Shown: positions 34,491-45,279, counted from the stretch's first letter. The stretch is DNA of 64,000 nt from Nitrosopumilus sp. (GCA_965224195.1 OZ245040.1:1664001-1728000); one strand, 5' to 3'. The notes: generated by a model from the sequence alone, not told the origin. Made by a program: numbers and translations.

Positions 34491-34970
34491 TTATTTTAAA
34501 TTTTCAACAATTTGTTTGTTTTCTTTTAATTCAGACACTACATCCATTACCATTTTTAGATCTAAATTATATTCATTAGCCATATCACTTGGATAAAATA
34601 TTTGACCTACGCTAATTTCTTTTAATATTATCTTTTTCACACTTTCTTTATCTAAATCAAAATTGTCCCCGCTAGTATTTTCTTGCATTTGAATTAAGCC
34701 ATAACTTTCTATCATTTGCTGTGTTTTGTCATTATTTTTTAATACCCTTTCTATCAAATCACGTAATTCAATTCTTAGACACCTAAAGTTATCCAAGTCA
34801 GTGTGTGCAGTGTTTTGAAATTCTTTTTTTATGTATTCCAATGTATGCATATGCTGTTCGTGTACCATTTCAGTTTTATCTGTAGATAATCGTGTCATGT
34901 TTTGTCTGCCATATGTTTCTTCTGGTGTTCCTGGCGTAACTGCAGGGGTCGTAAAAGATAATCGTGTCAT
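34491..34970 (-). CDS. hypothetical protein with C-terminal wHTH; N-terminus extended by 24 aa by a duplication plus insert
   Basis: FYPSDMANEYNLDLKMVMDVVSEL; MTRLS occurs twice. Confidence 0.7.
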   Translation of the reverse strand: MTRLSFTTPAVTPGTPEETYGRQNMTRLSTDKTEMVHEQHMHTLEYIKKEFQNTAHTDLDNFRCLRIELRDLIERVLKNNDKTQQMIESYGLIQMQENTSGDNFDLDKESVKKIILKEISVGQIFYPSDMANEYNLDLKMVMDVVSELKENKQIVENLK

Positions 34971-34991
34971 GTTTTGTCTGCCATATGTTTC
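34884..34991. repeat. 36-bp direct repeat flanking a 36-bp unique insert
   Basis: agataatcgtgtcatgttttgtctgccatatgtttc at 34884-34919 and 34956-34991. Confidence 0.95.
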
Positions 34992-35386
34992 AGCATATGC
35001 CTTGGAAATTTTGTTGAAATATCATAATTCTGCCACACATTCAATTGATACTCTGTTGTGATATAACGCAATTGTTTTAGACTTTCATATAGTTGATTAG
35101 GATCTTTTGCATTATATGCCTCTACCAAGAATCGAATTTTCTCTGAGATATCTAAATTTATTTTGTCTCTAATTTCTTTTGGAATTGCATGATCAGATAT
35201 GTCCACTAAATTGTCAAATACAGTTTCTAAAATTTCACTAATGAATACCTCATCTTCTAACTCTAGATTCCATGTAAATTTTACTAAATCACTAGAAATT
35301 CTATGACATACAGAATAATTGGCACTTTCAAGATTTTTTTGTATATCCCCAACCTTGTTTGTAAATACTATTTTTGCATCTTTCAT
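34967..35386 (-). CDS. helical hypothetical protein
   Basis: 139-aa ORF with ATGA overlap to the downstream gene. Confidence 0.65.
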   Translation of the reverse strand: MKDAKIVFTNKVGDIQKNLESANYSVCHRISSDLVKFTWNLELEDEVFISEILETVFDNLVDISDHAIPKEIRDKINLDISEKIRFLVEAYNAKDPNQLYESLKQLRYITTEYQLNVWQNYDISTKFPRHMLKHMADKT

Positions 35387-35767
35387 TTATTTGATGTCGT
35401 TTATCTCATTTATAATATAAACATGATGATTGAATAAATTAAAAAGTCACATGAATATGCTGTAAAATAAAATCCTTGCGAAACCAACATCATACTAACG
35501 GATTCGGCCTCAATGTATGGGATTGAAATTTCAAGATAAGATACAACTGTAATTACAATTAAGGATAATATTATTGCAGTGCTGTCTTTTTTCTGTATGA
35601 TTTATGATTAATTATTGTACCATATTTTCTAGATCCTCCGTATCGATTATCGTATTTGCCTCCAAACGCACGACCTTTCCAATCCTCTACCTCAAGTCGT
35701 CTAGGTCATCCACATCACAGTTAATACATATTATCCACAACAATATTACTCCCATAACAGATCTCTA

Positions 35768-36833
35768 GATGAGTTGCGTAATTACAAACAAAAATCTAAC
35801 TTTTCTGTCATTTAATTTTTAATTTTATGGAATTGCAATGAATTCTTCTTTCCATTTAATCTTGAAACTGACAGTCCCACAAACAATTTCACTTATCACA
35901 TCATATCTGCATAATTTGTTTCTAAACACATCGCGATTTATCCGAAATTGCCTGATTTGTGCAATGACATGTCCAACTTTTATTCTAATTTTTGACTGCA
36001 TCTTGTTCCACTCCTTTTGAGCAACAGTCAATTTTTTTCCTTTCTTTTTCTTGCATGGCAAAACACTTGCCTGTTCTGGAAAGTCTTTTTCCATCCCCAA
36101 ATATCCAGGATCATAAGACTGCAGCAACCCTTCAGATAATGTTGGATGCTTTGATTTGTAAATTCTGTAATCATGATGACTGCCAGGCGAATGTGCAGAT
36201 TTGTGGATTGTTATCCCATCAGGATTTATGGCGATTTGATTTTGTACTGCATGTTTTTTCTTTTTGCCTGAATGGTGTGTCCTTCTTTTCTTTTTGTTTT
36301 TTGGTCTTGGGATGGGCTGTTCTGTGCCATCAGTGATTGCAACTAATTCCGGAAAGAATTCTTGCAATTCCTGCATGCCGTTAATCTTTTTTGAGTCTGC
36401 ATATTTTTTGGCAGCAATTACAATGGACTGCCTCACTGCAGGCTCCAAACATCTGATGTTTCTCATTACGTTTGGTTTGTCCAAATCAAATGTCATCCCT
36501 GGCATGTCATATGTTGTGTACATTCTGTAGTACATGAAAAACATTAGAATTCTGCCTTTGAAGGACAAGTCAAACTTGTGTCCTGCACCAATGTCTCTTT
36601 CTCTATTTTTGGACAGTCCCTTTTGTTCTGCAGTTTTGCAATTGTTCTTTATTTCCTTGTATAGGGAATCAAATTGTGGAACAGTTAGTCCTGCTATTGG
36701 CAGGAATTGCTTTGGTTTTTTTGCCAGTTTGTGCAATTAAACATGAATTGAAAATAATTCAGCCTTAGCTTTGGATCTTATGATTAGAAAATGTTGAGAT
36801 TATGCTCAAATTGGACTAATTGCACAACTCATC
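35768..36833 (-). mobile_element. IS5/IS4-like (DDE_Tnp_4) insertion sequence, copy 3 (inverted)
   Basis: same ends; ORF 35825-36736; TA on one side only. Confidence 0.93.
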
Positions 36834-37015
36834 TCATCTAAATCAGGTTTTATTCTAGAATAAGGAATAACTCTTTGATCAATATCTAAAATCACTTCTT
36901 GAGATAATGTCGTATGATTTAATATTGCAATATTAGATGTTGCTTTCCATTCACTAAATCCAATTCTTTTCAATACATTTAACACTGTATTAACTACATA
37001 TTCTTCTCGATTCAA
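36834..37015 (-). pseudogene. HicA-like toxin truncated by the IS
   Basis: VLNVLKRIGF...; follows a hicB-like gene; the ORF runs into the IS end. Confidence 0.55.
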
Positions 37016-37019
37016 AAAG

Positions 37020-37223
37020 TTATTTCACATCCACAGTGTCAACTGATTCTAATTGACTTTCTAGATCCGGATGTTTTTCCAAATACAATTTTATAGCTTC
37101 TGGAATCTTTCTTGTTGCTTCTTCTCTTGTTTTCCCAAAGACGCGTACAGGTTTCATCGATGGGCAATATGCCATGTATCCCGTACTTCCTTCTAACTGT
37201 TCAACTCGAAATGTAATCTGCAT
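37020..37223 (-). CDS. hicB: HicB-family antitoxin
   Basis: GYMAYCPSMKPVRVFGKTREEATRKIPEAIKLYLE from ATG 37223. Confidence 0.8.
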   Translation of the reverse strand: MQITFRVEQLEGSTGYMAYCPSMKPVRVFGKTREEATRKIPEAIKLYLEKHPDLESQLESVDTVDVK

Positions 37224-37274
37224 GATAGTATAATATATTATATAATTTAGACATATATGTATTTGAAAATACGT

Positions 37275-37402
37275 GGCTTGGCAAATCAACATTGATTTTA
37301 CAAAATGGCTTGCATTGATCAAACTCTTTGAGCTTGGCACAAGTGCAAGACGTGCAGGAATTGAGATCGGCACTGGCTATCCTACCGTATTACTTGCATT
37401 TG
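37275..37402 (+). pseudogene. IS1595 transposase fragment cut by the TIR element
   Basis: manual translation KWLALIKLFELGTSARRAGIEIGTGYPTVLLAF matches TWLSLIKLFELSVSAKTASEQVRPSYKTTLKAF of 13247-14089. Confidence 0.75.
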
Positions 37403-37482
37403 TACACTGGTCAAAACTAGGCGGATTTTCAACTAGTGGTCAATTCGGGTGATAAAGTGGTCAGTTAGGGTGATAAACACTG

Positions 37483-39108
37483 TTAGGAATATAGATTAAT
37501 TCTTTCTTGAACATGTTTAGAATTTTTAATAAAATTGGTTTTCCATTTGTCATATTCTTTTTTATTTTTGAACCATTTTACATTATTTTGTTTTATATAT
37601 TTCATAAGATTTTCAGGATTACATAACTCAATATTGATTTTAGGTATAATTGAATAATCTTCTAATGGAAAAGATTTCCAGTATTTCAATGATTTCAGAA
37701 ATTTTTTACTAGAACTATATTCATTTTTAAGAGTTTTTTTGTCAAAAATTTCAATCACTTTATCTGATTTCTGTTGTATCAATGAAGAAAGTTCAAAGAT
37801 GGAATTAGAAATTAAAGATAGTTTTTCTTCTATAACTTGTAATATTCTTATATCTATACTGCCATTGACGAGTAAATTTACAACATGTATCTTATCTTTC
37901 TTTTGACCAATTCTATCAATTCTACCAATTCTTTGTTCTATACGCATTGGATTCCAATGTAAATCATAATTCATCACAGCACTACAAAATTGTACATCTA
38001 ATCCCTCAGAACCTACAAGAGTCATAATAAGAATAGATTTCTCTGAATCACGAAAACTGTTAATTACTTTATGTCGTTCTAAAAGAGGAGTTTCACCAGT
38101 CATAACAAAAATAGTCCATTTATCTGAAAATTCTTTTTCAATAGCTTTTGTAGTTTCGGAAAATTCACAAAATATTAACCATTTTTCAGATTTTATTGTT
38201 TCAATAATTTTACGAGCAGCCATGATTTTTGGATCTTTTTTTATCAAAATCTCTTTTAATCCTACAGATTTACTAAATGCACGAGAACTACTAGAAGCTA
38301 ATCGATAATAGGTGATTTTTTCAAAAAAGGAATCATTTTTTGTGGGAATTTTTGAAATGATCTTTTTAATTTTGTCCACATATTCTGTAGGATAAGAAAC
38401 TTCCATATTTTTTATTATTCTTTTTGCAAAATGTATTCCTAAATGCTCTTTGGTAAATCGTGTTACTAATGAATTTGTGATTAAGTATTTGTTTTTATCC
38501 CAAAGATCATCAATTAGAATAGATATGGCATCTCTACTATTATGTGGAAACAATATGCTTAATTCAGAAATAAAATCATCTATAGAATTGTTTATAGGAG
38601 TTGCACTTAACCCCACCCTATAATCTGCATGAAGTGAAATACTTCTTGCATTCTTATATCCAATTGTATCATCATTTCTAAAATTATGTATTTCATCAAA
38701 AATAACTACACTCACTTTTGTTTTTTTAGATAAAGTAATCTTATTCAAAATGGATGAAGGTAAAATATACACTAAAGGTATTTTTTTAAGTCTTTTAGTT
38801 TGAAGTTCATTCTCCATGGTGGCAAATTCTTCTACATTAGTAACAATAATACATTTAAGATTAAATTTTGAAATTATCTCTTCTTTCCATTTAACTAATA
38901 ATGATGGAGGGCAAATAACAATTCCTGATTGATTGAGTTTTGAAATTAAGAATAAAAGTATGTATCCAGCTGAGATTGTTTTACCTACACCAACACCATC
39001 ACTAATTAAAACTCCATTAAGATCATTATGAAGTAATTTCATTAATGGTACCAATTGATATGAAGATGGTTTAAGAAAAGACTCTGATTTCATACCACCA
39101 ATCCTCAT
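37483..39108 (-). CDS. SNF2-family (RapA/DrmD-like) SF2 helicase
   Basis: DGVGVGKT, DEIH, SATP, GSEGLD, YDLHWNPMRIEQRIGRIDRIGQ. Confidence 0.93.
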   Translation of the reverse strand: MRIGGMKSESFLKPSSYQLVPLMKLLHNDLNGVLISDGVGVGKTISAGYILLFLISKLNQSGIVICPPSLLVKWKEEIISKFNLKCIIVTNVEEFATMENELQTKRLKKIPLVYILPSSILNKITLSKKTKVSVVIFDEIHNFRNDDTIGYKNARSISLHADYRVGLSATPINNSIDDFISELSILFPHNSRDAISILIDDLWDKNKYLITNSLVTRFTKEHLGIHFAKRIIKNMEVSYPTEYVDKIKKIISKIPTKNDSFFEKITYYRLASSSSRAFSKSVGLKEILIKKDPKIMAARKIIETIKSEKWLIFCEFSETTKAIEKEFSDKWTIFVMTGETPLLERHKVINSFRDSEKSILIMTLVGSEGLDVQFCSAVMNYDLHWNPMRIEQRIGRIDRIGQKKDKIHVVNLLVNGSIDIRILQVIEEKLSLISNSIFELSSLIQQKSDKVIEIFDKKTLKNEYSSSKKFLKSLKYWKSFPLEDYSIIPKINIELCNPENLMKYIKQNNVKWFKNKKEYDKWKTNFIKNSKHVQERINLYS

Positions 39109-39907
39109 TAGGAATAAGACCTGACTTTATTCTAAACTCTTTCATTCCAATTTTATGTTTGATAATCAAATCTGCAATAAAATCAGAATTATTACAAAAA
39201 ATGGTAGATTTTGAAGATTCTACTGCATCCATGGTTCGTTTAGTGTAACCATTTGTACTTATTACCATACCGTATTTTTTCTTGGTTGTTGTCAGAGCAC
39301 CAATAAAATCTCGAATATCGCTTGGACCCATTTTACCATTTAAATGCTTTAATTGACCTATTATTTCATACCATTTTCCAAATTCATCATGAGATATGGT
39401 TCCATCTCGATCTATGTAAAAAGATGCAGTAAAATCAATTCCCTCATCATCCGATACTTTTGGATTTAATCTAAAATTTTTAATCCATTTTAATTTTGGA
39501 TCACTTAGAACATTTTTTATTAAAATTACTGATTGAGGCTGTGTTAAATTTCTAATTTTTTCATTGACTTGTTCATGAAGAAATTCATTATATAATTTTG
39601 AGGCTAAATTAATTTCTGACCAAGTTGGAATTACCATTATTTCAAATTCTTCTCTAAATTGATGATATTGTATGGAAAACACCACATCATCCATTTCTTC
39701 ATTCTTCCAATCAGCCTTTATCAAAAATAGTTTTGACTGCAACTGTTTTTGCAGTTGAATTATTATTTCTTCATATTTTGAAATGGTGATGGTTCTACCT
39801 TTTTTGTTAAAATCTTCTATCGGAATTAATACTTTACGATTTTTATGTAATTGTGATTCTATATCTTCATCTGAAAGAATTTTTGAGATGAAAGTTTTGA
39901 GATTCAA
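39071..39907 (-). CDS. Mrr-like restriction endonuclease
   Basis: DEGIDF...GQLKH...IRDFIGAL...GMVISTNGYT. Confidence 0.85.
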   Translation of the reverse strand: MNLKTFISKILSDEDIESQLHKNRKVLIPIEDFNKKGRTITISKYEEIIIQLQKQLQSKLFLIKADWKNEEMDDVVFSIQYHQFREEFEIMVIPTWSEINLASKLYNEFLHEQVNEKIRNLTQPQSVILIKNVLSDPKLKWIKNFRLNPKVSDDEGIDFTASFYIDRDGTISHDEFGKWYEIIGQLKHLNGKMGPSDIRDFIGALTTTKKKYGMVISTNGYTKRTMDAVESSKSTIFCNNSDFIADLIIKHKIGMKEFRIKSGLIPNEDWWYEIRVFS

Positions 39908-39908
39908 T

Positions 39909-40931
39909 TCATTTTGTAGATTCGATAATGGATTTAGATCCCAAATAAATTCGTTTAATCTGTTTCATGATTATGGATTCTTTTTTCAATTTTTCAAGTT
40001 CTACGCCATCTATATTGTTGATTCCTTTTGCAACATCACTTAATTTTTTAATCCAGGGCATTGAATCGTTAATGGATGTCCCACGATAATTATCTAGAGC
40101 CTCATCTACAGTCATTCGCTCATTTTTCAAGAATTTTTGTAAGATGATCTCATTTTGTGCAAATTTGTTGAAATCATACAAACCACCTTTTAAAGAAACA
40201 GAACGTATTCTTGTTTCCCCATCTTTATTCGGAGTAATCAATTTAAAAAATTTCTCTTTTTCTTTAGTTGTATTAAAAAATCTGTCTCTAACATATGCCC
40301 CTGCCCTTTGAAAATACAAATATTTTCGAGGATCTTCAATTCCTTGTATTTTTCTTTTTTTGATAAATTTAGTGAAATCTATATAATGTTTATAATTTTC
40401 TAACTCTTTGTTAATAGAAACTACAGAACTTCTCATCATTTTAGCTACTTCATCAGTAGAATATCTATCATTGTGGACAAGTTTGTAAATTGCTGAAGCT
40501 TCATTAAAAGGACCCCATGTTTTCTTACCTGTTTGTAATATGACTCGTTGTGCATCAATAACTCTTGGATCAGTATTTTTTGGATAAACCTGACATTTTA
40601 TTTTATCATATGAAATATTTTTTGCGGGTTTTACATTATCTCTTATCAAACCTCTGAGCACTACTAATCTTCTACTACCTTCAAGAACTTCAAATTTTCT
40701 ATTTTGCCCTTTTTCAAAAACCCATATTGGTTCTCTAATTCCAGACGCTTTGATAGATGGAAGAATATCTGAAATATCTTCCTCTTCAATAATTTCTTGA
40801 AGCATTTTGTCAGTCCATTTATTTTTACCTGTCTGAATTAGTTTTTCATGGTATCTTGGATTTTCCAAATCTAATAAAATATCTTTAATTGATACAATTT
40901 TTTCAAAATAGTCTTCAGAACTTTTAGACAT
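39909..40931 (-). CDS. ParB/Srx-like N-terminal domain protein A
   Basis: LLDLENPR, IREPIWV, VLEGSRRL, GKKTWGPFNEA, HTH; likely start ATG 40931. Confidence 0.85.
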   Translation of the reverse strand: MSKSSEDYFEKIVSIKDILLDLENPRYHEKLIQTGKNKWTDKMLQEIIEEEDISDILPSIKASGIREPIWVFEKGQNRKFEVLEGSRRLVVLRGLIRDNVKPAKNISYDKIKCQVYPKNTDPRVIDAQRVILQTGKKTWGPFNEASAIYKLVHNDRYSTDEVAKMMRSSVVSINKELENYKHYIDFTKFIKKRKIQGIEDPRKYLYFQRAGAYVRDRFFNTTKEKEKFFKLITPNKDGETRIRSVSLKGGLYDFNKFAQNEIILQKFLKNERMTVDEALDNYRGTSINDSMPWIKKLSDVAKGINNIDGVELEKLKKESIIMKQIKRIYLGSKSIIESTK

Positions 40932-41233
40932 ACACTCACATCTTATTTTAACTATATAATACTCTCTTTTAAAAATTGTTTCATTACGCAATAATGGTAA
41001 ATTAAATTTAGAGTTTTTTACATTATTGACATTAAAATAAAGATTAATTCTGAAATTAACTGTGGATATGGATCGCAATATGGATCTACTTCAAATTCAA
41101 TTTTGAACAATTTTACCAATTAGTTATAATTATCAATAAAAATCTCATTTGATTAAAGAGTCAAGAGTGTTGTTGATTATAATAACAAGGCAACTTTTAA
41201 AAAAATTTAAAGGTATTACTTGTAACATCCATT

Positions 41234-42229
41234 ATGAAATCTACACTTCAAGAAATCCCTATAAATTCAATTCTATTAGATGTAAATAATCCACGATTAA
41301 GGTTTTCAAAAATTGAAAAAGGAATTAAAAATTGGACTGAAGATAGTATGATGCAAACTATTAAAAATTCAACCGTGTTTAACAGACTTTTGGATTCAAT
41401 ACAGGAATATGGTGTAATTGACCCCATATGGATTCATGATTTAGGTAATGATAAATTTCAAGTCATTGAAGGAAATATGAGGGTTGTAGTTTTACGAGTA
41501 ATAAATGAGAGAAAAATAAAATCTTCAACAGGAATAAACTACAATATTATACGATCTCATGTGATTTCACATAACACAAGTCAGACAGATTTAGAAGTTC
41601 AAAAAGCAATTTTACAAACAGGTAAGAATCCATGGGGTGCATTTAATGAAGCTGCACACATATACAATCTATTTTGGAAAAATAAAATTTCTATTAATGA
41701 AATTGCAAATATGTTAGGGAAATCTAGAAGTTATGTAGATAGTGAAATTGATAATTTTAAATTTTATCTAGAGTTTATTGATTTTGGTAAGAAGAAAGGG
41801 AGTTATGTTGTAGATCCAAATAAATATTCTTTTTTTAAAGATGCCCCAATAATAGTGAGACAGAAATTTTTTAAATTGTCTATATCTAGAAAAAACTATT
41901 TTGAACTCATAACTCCGAATAAAAATGGCATAACTAGAATACCCAATGTGTCATTAAAAGGAGGTCTTAGAACATTTGGAAAATTTGTCAATGATGAGAT
42001 CATCTTACAAAAATTTTTGAAAGATGAGCGGATGACTGTAGAGGACACATTCTTTGAATTTACTGAAAAAAATTATTTGAGTAAATTGCCTTGGATTAAA
42101 AAAATTTCCAGTATAACAAAAAACATGAACAAATTAAATAAATTTGAACGTAAAAAAATTTTAGAAAATATTGAATCTAAAAAAGCATTAATTGGATTAC
42201 TTAAAGAAATGAAGAAATTTTTTAATTAA
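41234..42229 (+). CDS. ParB/Srx-like N-terminal domain protein B (divergent paralog)
   Basis: LLDVNNPR, VIDPIWI, VIEGNMRV, GKNPWGAFNEA. Confidence 0.85.
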   Translation: MKSTLQEIPINSILLDVNNPRLRFSKIEKGIKNWTEDSMMQTIKNSTVFNRLLDSIQEYGVIDPIWIHDLGNDKFQVIEGNMRVVVLRVINERKIKSSTGINYNIIRSHVISHNTSQTDLEVQKAILQTGKNPWGAFNEAAHIYNLFWKNKISINEIANMLGKSRSYVDSEIDNFKFYLEFIDFGKKKGSYVVDPNKYSFFKDAPIIVRQKFFKLSISRKNYFELITPNKNGITRIPNVSLKGGLRTFGKFVNDEIILQKFLKDERMTVEDTFFEFTEKNYLSKLPWIKKISSITKNMNKLNKFERKKILENIESKKALIGLLKEMKKFFN

Positions 42230-42367
42230 ACCATATTCTAATTTTTTACGTAATTGCATATTCCTCATACTACATCTAAGATAAAATAAATTGTAAATTA
42301 TTCTTAAATATACAACTATTACTCAATCGTTTTAACAATAATTTAAAACATCTGCTGTGTTACAAAA

Positions 42368-43027
42368 TTACTTGTTATTTTTCATAACGATATCTAATCC
42401 CCACGAAGACCAACCTCTAACTTTTTTCCTTGCAAATAATTCAATACGTTTCTGATCTGGGAACATTTTCTCTATTCCTTCCATAACTTCTATTGGTTTT
42501 TCACTATGTTTCTTTCTTGGGCTTTTGATTAGTTGTTTGACATTTCTTGCACCTCTGGGGCTTGGTATTCTACCGTGCTTGAATAACAGACACAATTCAC
42601 AGTTTGATAAGGTGTATTGTCCAGGGTTATGATTCATTTTATCCCATACAAAAGCAACAGTTCTATACTCAAAACCCCACGCCTTACCTAGTTCCATAGC
42701 TTGGGATAGATGAGGATTAGTAGTCCACATAAATAACAAACAATCCTGTTTTGCTATTCTATTAATTGGGATCTCCATCATTTCATTTGTTTTTAATGTT
42801 GGATATTTGAAACCCGCAGTACTAACAAACAGATTTTTTGATGCATCATATTGTAATTTTCCATTGTAGTTCCATGGGGGATCTGCATAAATAATATCGA
42901 ATTTTTGACGTGGTAATTCTGGATAAAATCCCCCATTTGATTGTAGTTCGTAGTGTTTTGTTCGTCTTATTACATCATCTTTGTAGATTGAATATCCACT
43001 AGGTCTTTTAACTATCTGTTTGCTCAT
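42368..43027 (-). CDS. MT-A70-family N6-adenine methyltransferase
   Basis: IYADPPW, LFMWTT, WGFEY, HSEKP, IELFAR. Confidence 0.93.
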   Translation of the reverse strand: MSKQIVKRPSGYSIYKDDVIRRTKHYELQSNGGFYPELPRQKFDIIYADPPWNYNGKLQYDASKNLFVSTAGFKYPTLKTNEMMEIPINRIAKQDCLLFMWTTNPHLSQAMELGKAWGFEYRTVAFVWDKMNHNPGQYTLSNCELCLLFKHGRIPSPRGARNVKQLIKSPRKKHSEKPIEVMEGIEKMFPDQKRIELFARKKVRGWSSWGLDIVMKNNK

Positions 43028-43136
43028 TTTATTCCTCGCATGATGACTTCAATACAGTTATTCTTTTTTATTTTAAAAATTATTTTGTCAGAAATCCCAG
43101 GTTTTTCATTAATTGATTTTAACTTGGAGCGAATCA

Positions 43137-43415
43137 TTATTTTTTGATCTGTCTCTTTATTGCAATTTTGTATATTTCTTTTATATCTACTCCTGTTTCA
43201 GTATGCTTGTCTGATAATCTCTCTAATAATTCTCTTAATTTTTTATCTTGTTCATCATTTATCCTTTTTCTTACCTCATTTTGAGATTTTTTAAAATTTA
43301 GAACTGATTCTTTTATGTTAAAACGTTCTTTACAACTACTACATTGTATATCTTCTTTTTTGTTAGTAGTAAAAATATTTTCACAGTGTGGACAGGAAAC
43401 AGGTTCTTTACTCAT
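43137..43415 (-). CDS. zinc-ribbon plus helical small protein, putative regulator
   Basis: CPHC...CSSC; divergent from the transposase. Confidence 0.7.
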   Translation of the reverse strand: MSKEPVSCPHCENIFTTNKKEDIQCSSCKERFNIKESVLNFKKSQNEVRKRINDEQDKKLRELLERLSDKHTETGVDIKEIYKIAIKRQIKK

Positions 43416-43459
43416 GTTATATTATAACAGATAAATAGTATATATGTTATATTATAACA
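43415..43459. promoter_or_regulatory. two identical palindromic sites in the divergent promoter
   Basis: tgttata-t-tataaca at 43415-43429 and 43445-43459. Confidence 0.7.
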
Positions 43460-43463
43460 AGAG

Positions 43464-44822
43464 TTGAGTATGATGGTGAAAGAAAGTAACAACAGAAAAC
43501 AAAAAGGAATTCAAATATTTTCAAAGACTAATTCAATAAAGAAAATCTCAAAGAACCATTTTATAGTAAAATCATCCACATCAGATAAAACATATCATGT
43601 AAGACGATTGCCTGACACCGAAATTTTTACTTGTGAATGTGCTGATTTTCATTACCGTTTAAGAAAACTAGATGATAAGAAATGCAAACATATCATTTCA
43701 TGTATGTTATTACAAGAAAGTATTCTATCACAAAGCTACATAGAGCAAACACAACAGTCTAAACTTTGTCCAAAATGTTATTCAACTACAATTATAAAAA
43801 ATGGTTTTAGAAAAATTAAGAACAATACCAAGAGACAGAAATACAAATGTAGAAAATGTACATACAGATTCATTTTAGGTGAGAATGGATTTTCTAATGT
43901 AACATCTGATCCTAAAATAATTTCAGAATCCTTGAATTTGGTAATGAATGGATTGTCATATCGCAATGTTGCAAGACACATCTATTCTACACATCAAGTA
44001 AAGATTAGCCATCCTACGATTGTGAATTGGGTAAAAAAATACACCAATCTGATTAAAGAATATGTTGAAACATTTAGTCCTAAATTATCTGATGTTTGGA
44101 GTTTGGATGAGATGGTTCTAAATGTTAAAAATACAAAGAAAACTGGAAAAGGATTTCATGATTGGCTATGGAGCATCATTGATCCTAAAACTAGATTTCT
44201 TATTGCTACAGAGGTTTCCAAGAAAAGAGAAATTGCAGATGCTAAAAAGATTATTTCAAGTGGCAAAAAACTAGTATCTAAAAATCCAAATTATATCTTG
44301 ACTGATTGTTTGAACTCTTACCAAGCTGCAATTAGAGAGGAATTTCAAAATAAAACTGCACATATCAAAACTAAATCACTCAAAGATGGGTTTGTGAACA
44401 GACCTATTGAGAGATATCACAATGAGATTAGAGAGAACTTAAAGGCAAGACGTGGATTGGGTAATGATAAATCTGCTCAGAATTTTGCTGAATTACATAA
44501 AATTCATCACAACTATGTCCGACCACATCAAGGATTAGATGGTAAGACACCAGCTCAAGCTGCAAATATTGATTTGAATCTAGGTGATGACAAGTATCTA
44601 GATCTGATTAAACATGCATCAAAAAAACCAAACTTTGTAAACAATCTAGGAAAGAGAATTGAAATGGTCACAATAATCAATGAAGGTGATTCAATCAAGG
44701 TTACCCCTACAGGATGGATTCAAAAGCACATATGGAGAGAGATTAATGATATTCTAAGATTACATGAGTTTAGCTGGTTGTCAAGTGGCAAAGATAGTTG
44801 CTGGATGAAATTAATTATTTAA
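43464..44822 (+). CDS. SWIM zinc finger plus IS1-like Zn ribbon plus IS6-type DDE transposase
   Basis: CECADF...CKH, CPKC...CRKC, WSLDEM, IIDPKTRF, LTDCLNSY, IERYHNEIR, TPAQAA. Confidence 0.9.
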   Translation: MSMMVKESNNRKQKGIQIFSKTNSIKKISKNHFIVKSSTSDKTYHVRRLPDTEIFTCECADFHYRLRKLDDKKCKHIISCMLLQESILSQSYIEQTQQSKLCPKCYSTTIIKNGFRKIKNNTKRQKYKCRKCTYRFILGENGFSNVTSDPKIISESLNLVMNGLSYRNVARHIYSTHQVKISHPTIVNWVKKYTNLIKEYVETFSPKLSDVWSLDEMVLNVKNTKKTGKGFHDWLWSIIDPKTRFLIATEVSKKREIADAKKIISSGKKLVSKNPNYILTDCLNSYQAAIREEFQNKTAHIKTKSLKDGFVNRPIERYHNEIRENLKARRGLGNDKSAQNFAELHKIHHNYVRPHQGLDGKTPAQAANIDLNLGDDKYLDLIKHASKKPNFVNNLGKRIEMVTIINEGDSIKVTPTGWIQKHIWREINDILRLHEFSWLSSGKDSCWMKLII

Positions 44823-45063
44823 TTTTTTATTTCGATATATAGTATGTTTAACATGGAAGTATCAGATCAAGAAATAGTCAAAAGGCTAAGAGAAACAATA
44901 GACTTTCTCAAAGTAGAATCCATTGGCGGTGTGTGGAATACGCCTCAACTAATTGAGATGCTGGAGGATTTATTCAAAGAAAATTCTAAAACTTCATAAT
45001 TTTTCAGATTATTTAATGCTAACAATAATTGCTAGTTGAAATTACCTTCCCAATTAATTCATG

Positions 45064-45279
45064 TTATATTCTCTTTACAATCTGAATCATCTGTAACTGT
45101 CTTCTGTTTTTCGTGTTACGCGGCTTTGTTCTTAGTGTAAAATTACAACATGGACAGTGTTTACATTCCCAATACATAAAAATCTCACAGATTGAGCAGT
45201 GTTTTTGTCCCTGTATGTATCGGTTAATTCCGTGAACTCTTTTTGCTCTATGATTTTCACATGTTCCTTTGCATACCAT
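45064..45279 (-). CDS. small Cys-rich zinc-binding protein, paralog of 29886-30101
   Basis: near-identical translation. Confidence 0.8.
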   Translation of the reverse strand: MVCKGTCENHRAKRVHGINRYIQGQKHCSICEIFMYWECKHCPCCNFTLRTKPRNTKNRRQLQMIQIVKRI

